Positions 1 to 10,887 of a stretch of DNA of 64,000 nucleotides are shown here, one piece after another. A model generated the notes under the pieces. The model searched no databases. It was not told where the DNA came from and was given only the letters and a program-made list of their open reading frames with translations. The DNA comes from an uncultured Pseudomonadota bacterium (GTDB lineage: Bacteria > Pseudomonadota > Gammaproteobacteria > Ga0077536): the NCBI GenBank assembly GCA_902597385.1, contig CACJXQ010000003.1:49441-113440 (forward strand). Reading direction: 5' to 3'. Positions within the stretch are counted from its first letter, which is position 1; every line of letters starts with the position of its first letter. The translations under genes were made by a program, and so were the position numbers.

Positions 1-261
1 TCCGGTGATTTTTTTCCTGGTCTCACGAAATCATGGGGTTTAACCTTTCAGGTCAATGATGAACAAGCGCCAACAGGTAGACCTGCTGGGCAGCTCTCTT
101 GGGCCGGTATTGCTAACAGTTTTTACTGGATCGATCGCAAAAATGGAATAGGGGGCATGTGGAGCAGCCAGATCTTACCTTTTCAAGATATTGCTTCCTA
201 TCCAGGCTTCGTGGATTTCGAAACTGCCGTTTATCGTTCCTTTAATACAGAAAAAAAATAA
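1..261 (+). CDS. Beta-lactamase-family serine hydrolase/esterase, C-terminal fragment (runs off window start)
   Basis: Own frame-1 translation [52 protein letters not shown]...[14 protein letters not shown]; the WAGxANxxYWID motif is typical of this family; not in ORF track. Confidence 0.8.
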   Translation, partial: SGDFFPGLTKSWGLTFQVNDEQAPTGRPAGQLSWAGIANSFYWIDRKNGIGGMWSSQILPFQDIASYPGFVDFETAVYRSFNTEKK

Positions 262-400
262 TACTGAAGAGCTCATTGGCTAGGTTTATTAAAAATTCCG
301 GTTAGAATTAGATACGAGCAATGCTAACGCATAGTCGACCCAGCTAGCCTAACCTGCCAATTCTTCGTTTATCAAAAGAGATCACTGCTGTGATTGCACC

Positions 401-2005
401 CTAGCTACATTTGAAGCCCTCAAATTGGTGTGCAGCACATTGCCTGAACTCTTCCAGGTATTTAGGCAACCCGCCGGGATACATAAGCATTTCTTTCTTT
501 TTTCCAGGAATATTCGCGCCCATATACCAGGAATCAGCCTTTGGAAAGAGAGTTTGGTCTGCGATCTCAACTATTTTCTCTCGCCAAATATTCTCGAAGC
601 TTTCTTCGGTTTCAAACCGAGAGAACTTTTTGTCTCTGATATACAGGAGGAGCTCTATTATACACTCTCCTTGGTATTCAGCACTGGAAGGTCCGTTACA
701 AAAGCCTGTGGGTGCCTGAGGACCGTAGCCCATTAACATGTTAGGAAATTTCGAAGTTGCCAAACCTAAATGCGTCCTCACTCCATCTGACCATCTTTCT
801 CCAAGAGTGTTCCCATCAGTATCAGTTATATCTATATTTGTGAGACCACCCGTCACAGCATCGAAACCGGTAGCAAACACTACCATGTCGAACTCATACT
901 CTCTCTCGCTAGTCACAATCCCAGATTTAGTCATTTTAACAATCGGTTCATCCCTCAAAGACACCAGCTCAGTGTTCTCATAGTTAAAGATATCGAAATA
1001 CCATTGCTCTAGTGAAGGTCGCTTCACTGCGTAGGGATGTGGTGGTTCAGAAGGCGCTAACTTTTGTGCCAAATCTTTATCTTTTATTCTCTCTCGGGTT
1101 TTCTTTTTCCAAAATTCATATGCGGTTCTATTCACCTTTTCATCGGTAAACACATCGTGATAGGTTCCCAGCCAAAAATTAAACCCGCCTGCTTGCCAGA
1201 GTTTTTCATAGGTCTCTTCCCTTTCTACATCGGAAACATCCGCTCCCGAAGTTGGTATGAAGTCAAAATCAAAGCCGCCAAAACATTCTCCACGACGTTT
1301 GAATCGACCAGGTAATTCCTCTTTCATTCGCTCGTTCTCTTTTGGACCGTAATCTTTCTGACCCATGGGAAGGTACATATTAGGAGTACGTTGAAAAACT
1401 GTAAGATGCTTTGAAACGAGTGCCGCTTCTTGTGCGACCTGAATTCCACTGGCACCCGTGCCTATCACGGCTACCCTCTTCTCTTTTAAGTCCAACCCAT
1501 CTTGAGGCCAAAGCGCAGTGTGGTGCGCATCCCCTTCAAACAGTTCCATTCCGTCTAACTTGGGAATATATGGTTTGGAAGCAAATCCGGTGCATATGAC
1601 GATGAATTTCGCCGACATTTTGCTTCCAGTGTCGACCTCTAGTTCCCAGTTGTCAGTATTCTCGTTGTACCTGGCTTTTGATAAACGGCAGTTTAGGCTG
1701 ACATCCTTAAGAAGATCCATTTTCTTGCCTACATAATCGAAATAAGCCCTCATTTCTGACCACCCCGGGAAGCGTTCCGTCCAACGCCACCCAGCCCACA
1801 ACTCTTTTCGGGAGAATTGATAGATCTCGCAGTGGGTATCTACTCTGGCTCCTGGATAACAATTCCACTGCCAGATTCCCCCCAGGCCGCCACTTGCTTC
1901 CAGGAGATGTACTTTAAATCCCTCTTCCCTTAAGCGTATTAACTGATAGACCCCAGAGAAACCGGCGCCGACGATTACCACATCAAACTCATTTGATTCA
2001 GCCAA
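401..2005 (-). CDS. Type I Baeyer-Villiger monooxygenase (cyclohexanone/acetone monooxygenase family)
   Basis: GAGFSG, GGIWQWNCYPGARVD, fingerprint FEGDAHHTALWP, second Rossmann GTGASG, ATGFD, SWYMGANIPGK; TTG start. Confidence 0.93.
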   Translation of the reverse strand: MAESNEFDVVIVGAGFSGVYQLIRLREEGFKVHLLEASGGLGGIWQWNCYPGARVDTHCEIYQFSRKELWAGWRWTERFPGWSEMRAYFDYVGKKMDLLKDVSLNCRLSKARYNENTDNWELEVDTGSKMSAKFIVICTGFASKPYIPKLDGMELFEGDAHHTALWPQDGLDLKEKRVAVIGTGASGIQVAQEAALVSKHLTVFQRTPNMYLPMGQKDYGPKENERMKEELPGRFKRRGECFGGFDFDFIPTSGADVSDVEREETYEKLWQAGGFNFWLGTYHDVFTDEKVNRTAYEFWKKKTRERIKDKDLAQKLAPSEPPHPYAVKRPSLEQWYFDIFNYENTELVSLRDEPIVKMTKSGIVTSEREYEFDMVVFATGFDAVTGGLTNIDITDTDGNTLGERWSDGVRTHLGLATSKFPNMLMGYGPQAPTGFCNGPSSAEYQGECIIELLLYIRDKKFSRFETEESFENIWREKIVEIADQTLFPKADSWYMGANIPGKKKEMLMYPGGLPKYLEEFRQCAAHQFEGFKCS

Positions 2006-2233
2006 AAATACCCCCCTTACTTTGTTACTTTGTTCTCTATAACTATTACGCTAAAAATACCATTTAAGATCTAAAACAATAAAAATTCACTATCGCATTA
2101 TTTTAACGGTTATTTTCAAGAAGAGATGATTTTATACTATCTGGAAAGAATAATTTTTGTCATTACATCTCGAAGCCGATAAAATTTATAGACATTGGTT
2201 AATGATGCTAATCTTTTATAAAAGGAGGTAGCG

Positions 2234-3871
2234 TTGGATACGAAGACATCTGAACCTAACTTACAACTGGATTACGATGTAGTGGTTGTCGGGGCTGGCT
2301 TCGCAGGTATATATGCTCTCTGGAAAGCGAAAAAAATGGGATACAAGGTAAGGGGATTCGAACGCGCCTCTGATGTAGGGGGCACCTGGTTTTGGAACTC
2401 TTACCCGGGTGCTCGGTGCGATGTTGAGAGTTACAATTACGCCTACTTTTTCGATGACAGTATTGTTCGGGACTGGGAATGGTCAGATGCCTGTGCTGGT
2501 CAGGAGGAAATACAACGCTATCTTAGATTCGTCGCCGACCGTTGTGCGGTTTTGGAGGACATCTCTTTTAATACAAAAATCGAGTCAGTCCAATACGTAG
2601 AAGCATCCGGACTCTGGCACTTATCTTATTCTAATAATAAGAGCTTAACTTGTCGCTATCCGATACTCGCTATAGGAGCTCTTTCAGAGCCGAAAAAACC
2701 CGACATTGAGGGGGTAGTGGACTTCGTGGGAGACACTTATTTTACCTCTAACTGGCCCCGCGACAATTTGGTAGATTTTAACGGGAAACGAGTAGGTGTA
2801 ATTGGTACAGGCTCGTCGGGCGTTCAAGCAATACCAGAAATAGCAAAAGCAGCAAGCGAGCTTTATGTTTTTCAACGAACTGCAAATTATGTTACTCCGA
2901 CCCGATCAGGCCCGATGGAAACAGAATTAGTATTAAGCATCAAAAAAGATCCAAAAGCTGTTCGACGAGCGGCAAGAGAAAGTTTTGGTGGGCATACACC
3001 TCTCGCAATGGGGGAAGAACGCTACTTAGAACTTGATGAGGAGGGGCGAGAGAGCGCCTTACAAAAAGCTTGGGATGGAAAATATGTGCCTCTAGCTTTT
3101 AGAGATGCTTATCTACCGGAAGCAAATGATGCTATTTCTGATTTTATACGCAAGAAAATGCTCGAGCAGGTTGATGACCCTTGGACTGCAAAACATCTTG
3201 TACCATGGGATCATCCTTATGGGGGGAAACGCCCTTGTATGAGCAATGTATATTTGCAAACTTACAATTTTCCGCATGTCCATTTAATTCCTCTTTCCGA
3301 ATCGCCCATAGAGAAAATTGATGAAAGGGGCATCAAAGTTAGTAATCAATATATTCCATTGGATGTTATTGTCTTCGCTACAGGGTTTGACGCAATATCT
3401 GGGCCACTATTTGCAATCGATATTAGAGGGTTGGATGGTCAGTCTATCAATGAAGCTTGGAAGGATGGACCAGCTAACTATCTTGGCACTATGGTAAATG
3501 GATTCCCAAATCTTTTTTTACCCTCTAGCGCGATGTCACCCTCTGTATTATCCAATATGGCCACCCTAGCGGAACAACAGATTGATTTCATTCTAGACTC
3601 GATCGATTGGCTGGAAAAAAATGGTCGTCCAGGAATGCAACCGACTAAAGAAGCTCAGAACTTCTGGCAGCAAGAAACACTTCGCTACGCAAAAAAAAGA
3701 CCGGGGGCTCTAACCACCAAAAGTTGGTACTCAGGCGCGAATATTCCAGGAAAGCCCAGAATCTTCATGGTCTATTGCGGTGGATTCAAGCGATATAACG
3801 AAACTTGCTATCAAGAGCTTGAAGACGGTTTCCCGAGCTATGAGCTACTAACTAAAGCATTGAGTCGATAA
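2234..3871 (+). CDS. Type I Baeyer-Villiger monooxygenase, divergent from the first
   Basis: GAGFAG, GGTWFWNSYPGARCD, GTGSSG, ATGFD, SWYSGANIPGK; AAGGAGG before TTG start. Confidence 0.92.
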   Translation: MDTKTSEPNLQLDYDVVVVGAGFAGIYALWKAKKMGYKVRGFERASDVGGTWFWNSYPGARCDVESYNYAYFFDDSIVRDWEWSDACAGQEEIQRYLRFVADRCAVLEDISFNTKIESVQYVEASGLWHLSYSNNKSLTCRYPILAIGALSEPKKPDIEGVVDFVGDTYFTSNWPRDNLVDFNGKRVGVIGTGSSGVQAIPEIAKAASELYVFQRTANYVTPTRSGPMETELVLSIKKDPKAVRRAARESFGGHTPLAMGEERYLELDEEGRESALQKAWDGKYVPLAFRDAYLPEANDAISDFIRKKMLEQVDDPWTAKHLVPWDHPYGGKRPCMSNVYLQTYNFPHVHLIPLSESPIEKIDERGIKVSNQYIPLDVIVFATGFDAISGPLFAIDIRGLDGQSINEAWKDGPANYLGTMVNGFPNLFLPSSAMSPSVLSNMATLAEQQIDFILDSIDWLEKNGRPGMQPTKEAQNFWQQETLRYAKKRPGALTTKSWYSGANIPGKPRIFMVYCGGFKRYNETCYQELEDGFPSYELLTKALSR

Positions 3872-3988
3872 TAGTGTGAAACCTCGTTAGTCGCCACAAT
3901 AGGGGCACATCGAAAATCGCTCTTAACCAATATTTCAGACATTAACTTAACGAGGTAGTCAAGCTTTCAATGTCTTTTTGCGAGATCT

Positions 3989-4876
3989 TCAGTCCCTCCA
4001 TTGACCCCGAATTGAAGCACCGGATGAACTCTCTAAAACCTTTATCGTTGCTAGGATATCTTCATCGGCAAAACCATTCTGACAAAACTCTTTCAGAAGA
4101 CGTTGAGTAACTGAACCCATCGGAAGATCGACCCCCAATTCTTTCGCGAGATCTGTCGCTAGGTTTATATCTTTAAAAGCTAGACTAACAGTAAAATTGG
4201 GACTTAATTTGTCCTTTAATATTGCCTTGACTCCACCTGCCCAAGTAGCACTATTTCCGCTACTGGTTTTTACGATACTCCAAAGTATATTCGGATCAAT
4301 ACCTGCTTTTGCCCCAAGGATCAGTGCTTCTGCGTTACTCATCATATTTGAAAAAGCCAGCATATTGTTGACAAGCTTGATTATATTTCCCGTACCAGCC
4401 CCACCCACGTGAAACACGTTAGTTCCGATACAGTCCCATATTGGTCCTAGTGTGTCGAATACCTTTTTTTCACCACCCACCATCACCGTGAGTTCTCCGC
4501 TTTTCGCGCCACGGGTACCGCCGCTAACGGGCGCGTCTAAAAAGCTTACATTTTTCAATTTAGCTATAGAGTCTATTTCTCGAATTAGGCTTGGAGAGTT
4601 AGTGCTCAAATCTACAAGCACTTTTCCGGGAGACATTGACTCCATAACCTCACTAGCAACTATTCTCACTTCCTCTGGTCCTGGAAGAGACATCATAATT
4701 ATTTCCGACTCCTGAGTGAGCGAATCTATACTAGAACAGCTAACCGCACCTTTTTCGACCAGCGATTGAGTAGGGGCGTCCCGTATGTCAAACACAAAAA
4801 GTTTTTTACCTGAGCTGAGAATATTTGAGGCCATCGGTAGGCCCATAGCACCAATTCCTATAAATCCAACTCGCAT
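3989..4876 (-). CDS. NAD(P)-dependent beta-hydroxyacid dehydrogenase (3-hydroxyisobutyrate dehydrogenase/tartronate semialdehyde reductase family)
   Basis: GFIGIGAMGLPMA, FLDAPVSGG, KLVNN. Confidence 0.88.
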   Translation of the reverse strand: MRVGFIGIGAMGLPMASNILSSGKKLFVFDIRDAPTQSLVEKGAVSCSSIDSLTQESEIIMMSLPGPEEVRIVASEVMESMSPGKVLVDLSTNSPSLIREIDSIAKLKNVSFLDAPVSGGTRGAKSGELTVMVGGEKKVFDTLGPIWDCIGTNVFHVGGAGTGNIIKLVNNMLAFSNMMSNAEALILGAKAGIDPNILWSIVKTSSGNSATWAGGVKAILKDKLSPNFTVSLAFKDINLATDLAKELGVDLPMGSVTQRLLKEFCQNGFADEDILATIKVLESSSGASIRGQWRD

Positions 4877-4993
4877 CTCTTTTTCCCTCAGAACACTAAT
4901 TATAATGACAAAAGTATATCAACCTACATCCGTCAATAAGCTACAGCTTAGGTCAACACGCACAAAAACTTAATTAAGAAAACATTACCAACG

Positions 4994-5476
4994 TTAATTG
5001 AATAGTTTTTCGACTAAAGGTTCTAGTTGCCTCAAAGCGTTCGAGTACACGTCTTTTTTAAAATCCACCACCATATTAAGCGGTTCCCAATATTCTACCC
5101 AAGCCCATTCTTCAAATTCTGGAGAAGCATGTAGGTCTAATTTAATTTCGCTATCTTCCCCTTTGAATTCCAACAAGAACCAGATTTGTTTTTGACCCAC
5201 ACATTTTGGAGCACCGACTTTTCGCTGATATTTCTCAGGCAATCGATAATACAACCATCCCGCGGTGCGTCCGATCAAATCTACTTTTTCCCCAAGAAGG
5301 CCAACCTCTTCATGCAGCTCTCTATACATAGCCTGTTCGGAGGATTCTCCCTCCTCTATTCCGCCCTGGGGCATTTGCCAAAACTGCAATCCTACTCGAC
5401 GCCCACAAAATATTTTTTTCGCCTTATTTAGGAGAATGATTCCGACGTTTGCCCTAAATCCCTCGTCATCAATCAT
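4994..5476 (-). CDS. rppH: RNA pyrophosphohydrolase (Nudix)
   Basis: MIDDEGFRANVGI, WQMPQGGI...[21 protein letters not shown]. Confidence 0.95.
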   Translation of the reverse strand: MIDDEGFRANVGIILLNKAKKIFCGRRVGLQFWQMPQGGIEEGESSEQAMYRELHEEVGLLGEKVDLIGRTAGWLYYRLPEKYQRKVGAPKCVGQKQIWFLLEFKGEDSEIKLDLHASPEFEEWAWVEYWEPLNMVVDFKKDVYSNALRQLEPLVEKLFN

Positions 5477-5492
5477 TTTGTCAGGACCAAGC

Positions 5493-6473
5493 TTATATAT
5501 TACTTACTGCTTCTTTTTCCTCGAGAAGCTCTGTTTGGGTATCATTCATTTTTTGCCGACTGTAATCAGACACTTCTAGGCCAGTTACAATTTCGTACTT
5601 TCCTCCAGAACATTTTACTGGAAAAGAATATACAAGACCGGATGACACATCATAGTTGTTGCCATCGCTCCAAACGCCCATGCTAGTCCAATCATCCGAA
5701 GGAGTCCCTAAAACCCAATCTCGCATATGCTCTATTGCGGCATTCGCTGCAGAGGCAGCACTAGATGCACCCCGAGCGTCAATAATCTCAGCACCACGTT
5801 TCGCTACCTTTGGAATATATTCTTTATCGTACCAGTCAGGCTCAACAAAACTCATCGCAGCTTTACCCGCGACCTCAGCATGATGCAAATCAGGATATTG
5901 GGTCGTCGAGTGGTTACCCCAAATAGTTAATTTCTTAACCTCAGAAACATCACAAGCGGCTTTTTTTGCTATTTGATACTTGGCTCTATTGTGATCTAAA
6001 CGAGTCATAGCAGTAATTTGTTCTGGAGGCACATCCGGGGCATTTTGAATGCATACCAAGGCATTCGTATTTGCGGGGTTTCCAACTACAACAATCTTAA
6101 CGTGGGCATTCGCGACACTATTAATGGCACTACCTTGATCTTTGAAAATGCCGCCATTAGCTGCCAATAAATCGCTCCGCTCCATTCCAGGACCGCGCGG
6201 TCGAGCGCCGACCAACATACCATAATCACATCCGTCAAAGGCCACCTTGGCATCATCAGAAGCTTTGATGCTTGCTAAAAGAGGAAAGGCACAATCATCC
6301 AATTCCATCATCACTCCCTCTAGAGCTTTCATAGCTGGGGTTATTTCAAGTAATTGTAAGGAAATGGGCTGGTCAGGGCCCAGCATCTGCCCTGACGCGA
6401 TTCGAAACAAAATAGAATAAGCGATCTGTCCTGCAGCGCCACTAACCGTAACTTTCACGGGAGCCTTCATCAA
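5493..6473 (-). CDS. mdh: Malate dehydrogenase
   Basis: [46 protein letters not shown]. Confidence 0.96.
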   Translation of the reverse strand: MMKAPVKVTVSGAAGQIAYSILFRIASGQMLGPDQPISLQLLEITPAMKALEGVMMELDDCAFPLLASIKASDDAKVAFDGCDYGMLVGARPRGPGMERSDLLAANGGIFKDQGSAINSVANAHVKIVVVGNPANTNALVCIQNAPDVPPEQITAMTRLDHNRAKYQIAKKAACDVSEVKKLTIWGNHSTTQYPDLHHAEVAGKAAMSFVEPDWYDKEYIPKVAKRGAEIIDARGASSAASAANAAIEHMRDWVLGTPSDDWTSMGVWSDGNNYDVSSGLVYSFPVKCSGGKYEIVTGLEVSDYSRQKMNDTQTELLEEKEAVSNI

Positions 6474-6820
6474 AATTTCCTCTCTAGTTTTTTATTAGCT
6501 TTCATTGTAACAGTTTTAAGAACTTGTAATAACTAGGCAGATCTTCTGTGTATTTATCCGGCCCATCTAAAAGTATGTAAAACCATTTATTTAAAACCTA
6601 ACCTCCTTACACTTTTAAGCCGCAATATCCTCAATGGAATATAAGTGCCATTTCCTTTCCAACGTAATGAAACCAAATTTTTTAGGGCATTTTAGGTGAC
6701 TTTTCGATAACTTTGGTAGAAAATCTCAAGTTAAGGGTTAAGTCCAAGGGATACCTTCTTCTTTGACCCCAAGATTTATCGGATTTCTGTATAAAATTTC
6801 TTGAAAATAGGTAAACAAAG

Positions 6821-9643
6821 ATGGATTCGCCCTTCTCAATAACAGGAGAAAACCTGGAATACGTTGAACAAATCTACGAATTATTTTTGAAAAATCCCAA
6901 CAGTGTTTCAAAAGAATGGAAAAAGTACTTTGAGACAAACGATTTGAATTCAGAGAGCGGATCAAACCCAGAGGCTCATCGCCTGGCGAAAGCTGAGGTC
7001 ATTGAAGCCGCGAAAAAAAAATCGAACAGAAACGAAAGCACATCTCAACCCGATTCAGTTAAGCAAGTTTCAGTTTTACAACTTATAAACGCCTATAGAT
7101 TCAGAGGCCACAGAAATGCCAACTTGGACCCGCTCAACCAATACAAGCGACCTCAGGTGCCCGAGCTTGATCCCTCTTTTCACGACCTCCTTGAAAGCGA
7201 TTTCGATACAGTTTTTAACACTGGTTCTCTTCAAGGGGTAGAAAACGCGACGTTGAGAGAGATTCTCAAAATCGTCAGAGAAACATATTGTGAGAATATC
7301 GGCGCAGAATACATGCACATTGTTGAAACTGCCGAAAAACGTTGGATACAGCAGCAACTAGAACCTAGCAAAGAAAATGTCCTTGCGAACGAGCGGCGAA
7401 AACAACTACTGAGATGCATTGTTGCTGCTGGCTCACTCGAACGTTATCTACACAAAAAATACGTAGGACAGAAGCGGTTCTCGTTGGAGGGAGGAGAGAG
7501 CACTATTGCATTACTTGACACTGTGGTCGAGGAATGCGGAAAACACGGCATCAAGGAGTGTGTTGTGGGTATGGCTCACAGAGGAAGATTAAATGTTTTA
7601 GTAAACATAATCGGGAAGCACCCCTCGGACTTGTTTGACGAATTTGAAGGCAAAGGGCGCCCGGAAAACCTATCAGGGGATGTTAAGTATCATCTAGGCT
7701 ACTCCTCCGACATACAGACCCCTAGCGGCCCAGTACATCTAACGCTTGCATTTAACCCTTCTCATTTAGAAATTATCGATCCAGTGGTGGAGGGATCTGT
7801 GCGAGCAAGACAGGATAGAAGAAGAGACTCTAGCCGAAATAAGGTGCTTCCATTAATACTTCATGGCGACGCGGCCTTCGCCGGACAGGGAGTAGTTATG
7901 GAAACGTTCAATTTATCCCAAACTAGAGGCTACTCAACCGGAGGCAGTTTGCATGTAATAATAAACAATCAAATTGGTTTTACTACCAGCGAGCCCCTAG
8001 ACTCGAGATCGACTCTTTACTGTACCGACGTCGCTAAGATGATCCAGGCCCCTATCTTTCACGTGAATGCGGACGACCCTGACGCTGTTGCAAGAGTCGC
8101 AAAAATCGCGCTCGATTTCAGGATGGAATTTAATAAAGATGTAATTATCGACCTAATTTGTTTCCGAAAACATGGACACAGCGAAACAGACGAACCAGCA
8201 ACCACTCAGCCATTAATGTATAAAAAAATCAGAAGCCACCCTGGCACAGAAACCATATACGCTGATAAGTTAGTTTCAGATGGAGTGCTGAAAAAAGGGG
8301 AAGCAGCAAAGATCAGAGAGCAATATATTAAAGCCTTAGAAGACAACCAGGTGGTATCCAGACCATATGCAGAGCTACTAGATAATAGCGCCGTAAACTA
8401 CTTTTTACCATTCTTAGGATCTAATTGGGAGTCAGAGTATGATAGCGCATTAAACGCGGATATCATTTCCAAACTTGGGAGCAAATTTACTAAAGTACCC
8501 CCCAAATTCGAGCTGCATAGACAATCCAAGAGAATTTTAGAAGATAGAAAAGCGATGTTTAAAGGAGAATCGGCATGTGATTGGGGATTTGCCGAAACAC
8601 TTGCCTATGCCTCACTGCTCTCGGAAGGTTGTCCAGTGCGTATTTCGGGCCAAGATTGTGGTCGCGGTACCTTCTCTCACAGACACGCAGTGCTAAACGA
8701 TCAAAACAACGGAGAAGCGTACCTCCCTCTTCAAAACATAGATAAGAACCAAGGTGATTTTCTAGTCATCAATTCCACTCTTTCTGAAGAAGCAGTGTTA
8801 GCTTTTGAGTTTGGCTACGCAGCTGCAGAACCAAATGCTCTAGTTGTCTGGGAAGCTCAGTTTGGAGATTTTGCTAATGGAGCCCAAGTCGTAATCGATC
8901 AATTCATTGCGTCTTCAGAAGAAAAATGGGATCGATATTGTGGATTAGTCTTGTTCCTACCTCACGGATACGATGGACAAGGACCTGAACACTCCTCTGC
9001 GAGGCTCGAGAGATTTCTCCAACTGTGCGCAGCGGAAAACATGCAAGTTTGCTATCCCACAACCCCCAGCCAACTTTTTCATATGCTACGAAGACAAATT
9101 CGCAGGCCCTATCGCAAGCCACTGATTGTTATGAGCCCCAAAAGTCTCCTGCGGAAAGGCTTATCTTTCTCTCCTCTCAAGGAATTTACCGAAGGAAAAT
9201 ACCAACCGGTCTTGGATGAGACCGAAAAAATATCAAAAGCCAAAGTTAAAAAAATCATACTATGCTCGGGGAAGATTTATTTTGATCTTTACGAGGCAAG
9301 GGAGAAAAACAATATCAAGGATTGCGCTATCATAAGACTGGAGCAGTTTCATCCATTCCCTAGAGAACAAATGCAAAACACACTCAGTCAGTATAAGAAT
9401 GCCGCTGAATTGATTTGGGTACAGGAAGAACCGAGAAACCAGGGAGCTTGGTCTTATCTGCTATCACGAAGGCATCTCGGCGGCTGTTTTGATGAATCAA
9501 AACCTTTAAAATGTGTTGCTAGACCTTATTCTTCTTCCCCAGCTGTTGGCTATCTATCGCTCCACGAGGAACAACAGAAGAAAATAATTTCGGAGGCGCT
9601 AGAGCTTGAAGAAGGATCGCTACCGAAGAGAAAGAGTGCTTAA
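6821..9643 (+). CDS. sucA: 2-oxoglutarate dehydrogenase E1
   Basis: KRFSLEGGE, GMAHRGRLN, HGDAAFAGQG, WEAQFGDFANGAQ, GPEHSSARLERFLQ. Confidence 0.97.
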   Translation: MDSPFSITGENLEYVEQIYELFLKNPNSVSKEWKKYFETNDLNSESGSNPEAHRLAKAEVIEAAKKKSNRNESTSQPDSVKQVSVLQLINAYRFRGHRNANLDPLNQYKRPQVPELDPSFHDLLESDFDTVFNTGSLQGVENATLREILKIVRETYCENIGAEYMHIVETAEKRWIQQQLEPSKENVLANERRKQLLRCIVAAGSLERYLHKKYVGQKRFSLEGGESTIALLDTVVEECGKHGIKECVVGMAHRGRLNVLVNIIGKHPSDLFDEFEGKGRPENLSGDVKYHLGYSSDIQTPSGPVHLTLAFNPSHLEIIDPVVEGSVRARQDRRRDSSRNKVLPLILHGDAAFAGQGVVMETFNLSQTRGYSTGGSLHVIINNQIGFTTSEPLDSRSTLYCTDVAKMIQAPIFHVNADDPDAVARVAKIALDFRMEFNKDVIIDLICFRKHGHSETDEPATTQPLMYKKIRSHPGTETIYADKLVSDGVLKKGEAAKIREQYIKALEDNQVVSRPYAELLDNSAVNYFLPFLGSNWESEYDSALNADIISKLGSKFTKVPPKFELHRQSKRILEDRKAMFKGESACDWGFAETLAYASLLSEGCPVRISGQDCGRGTFSHRHAVLNDQNNGEAYLPLQNIDKNQGDFLVINSTLSEEAVLAFEFGYAAAEPNALVVWEAQFGDFANGAQVVIDQFIASSEEKWDRYCGLVLFLPHGYDGQGPEHSSARLERFLQLCAAENMQVCYPTTPSQLFHMLRRQIRRPYRKPLIVMSPKSLLRKGLSFSPLKEFTEGKYQPVLDETEKISKAKVKKIILCSGKIYFDLYEAREKNNIKDCAIIRLEQFHPFPREQMQNTLSQYKNAAELIWVQEEPRNQGAWSYLLSRRHLGGCFDESKPLKCVARPYSSSPAVGYLSLHEEQQKKIISEALELEEGSLPKRKSA

Positions 9644-9676
9644 GTGGGTGTTATACACAATGTTTAGGAGATCGAA

Positions 9677-10873
9677 ATGTTAGTAGAGATAAAGGTACCC
9701 GATTTAGCTGAATCAGTTCCCGATGCAACATGCTTAACATGGATGAAAAATGAAGGGGACCACATCACGGAGGGAGAAAACTTAATAGATTTAGAGACCG
9801 ACAAGGTAACCTTGGAAATCGTAGCACCACATAGTGGTATGATTATCTCAATTTTAAAAAAGGAAGGTGAAGTAGTTCTCTCAGGAGATATCCTCGCGAC
9901 TATTGACACAGAAAGTGTAGCCGTTAACACTTCCCAGTCGACACAAAATACCGAAAATATTGGCTCGGAAGAGTTTTCAAAAAATGAAAAGACCGTAGCC
10001 CAGAAAATCGGGCCAGCAGTGAAAAAATTGCTTATCGAGAAAGAGATAGATCCAAATTTAATCCAAGGCTCCGGTAAAGACGGCAGAATCACCAAAGGAG
10101 ACGTAAATCTTTTCCTTCAAAACTCTGTCACTAGTGAAAAACCACCTCAAACCACTGGGATGACATCACCAAAAAATAGAGAAAAAAGAGTGCCGTTAAC
10201 ACGCTTGAGAAAACGCATTGCAGAAAAGCTTTTAGCCGCTCAGGACCAAAATGCCTTGTTAACAACGTTTAATGAAGCCGACATGAATGCAATTCAAAAT
10301 CTTCGCAGACAATTCCGTGATGAATTTTCAATCAAACACGCCACCAAGCTTGGTTTCATGCCATTCTTTGTGAAAGCAGCAGTAGAGTCGCTAAAATCCT
10401 ACCCTGTAGTAAATGCTTCTATTGATGAAGATGACGTTGTATATCATTCCTACTTCGACATAGGGGTGGCAGTAGGAAGTGGTAAGGGCTTGGTAGTACC
10501 CATTATTAGAGATGCTGACCTACTATCCTTCGCCGAAATTGAGAAAAAGATAATGGACTTCGGGGAGAGAGCCCAGGACGGTAAATTGAGTGTACAGGAG
10601 TTGACAGGGGGTACTTTTACCATAAGTAATGGGGGCATCTACGGTTCACTCCTGTCAACACCGATAATAAACACCCCACAGAGCGCGATTCTAGGTATGC
10701 ATAAAATACAAGACCGTCCGGTCGTCAAAGATGGAGAAATTACTATACGACCAATGATGTACCTAGCTTTGACTTACGACCATAGACTTATTGACGGTAG
10801 AGAGGCAGTCCAATTTCTTGATAGCCTAAAATCCTGTTTAGAAGAACCTAGCCGTCTCTTGCTAGACTTATAG
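9677..10873 (+). CDS. sucB: Dihydrolipoamide succinyltransferase E2
   Basis: Lipoyl motif [26 protein letters not shown]; follows sucA. Confidence 0.96.
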   Translation: MLVEIKVPDLAESVPDATCLTWMKNEGDHITEGENLIDLETDKVTLEIVAPHSGMIISILKKEGEVVLSGDILATIDTESVAVNTSQSTQNTENIGSEEFSKNEKTVAQKIGPAVKKLLIEKEIDPNLIQGSGKDGRITKGDVNLFLQNSVTSEKPPQTTGMTSPKNREKRVPLTRLRKRIAEKLLAAQDQNALLTTFNEADMNAIQNLRRQFRDEFSIKHATKLGFMPFFVKAAVESLKSYPVVNASIDEDDVVYHSYFDIGVAVGSGKGLVVPIIRDADLLSFAEIEKKIMDFGERAQDGKLSVQELTGGTFTISNGGIYGSLLSTPIINTPQSAILGMHKIQDRPVVKDGEITIRPMMYLALTYDHRLIDGREAVQFLDSLKSCLEEPSRLLLDL

Positions 10874-10887
10874 AGGGAAAATTAAAA

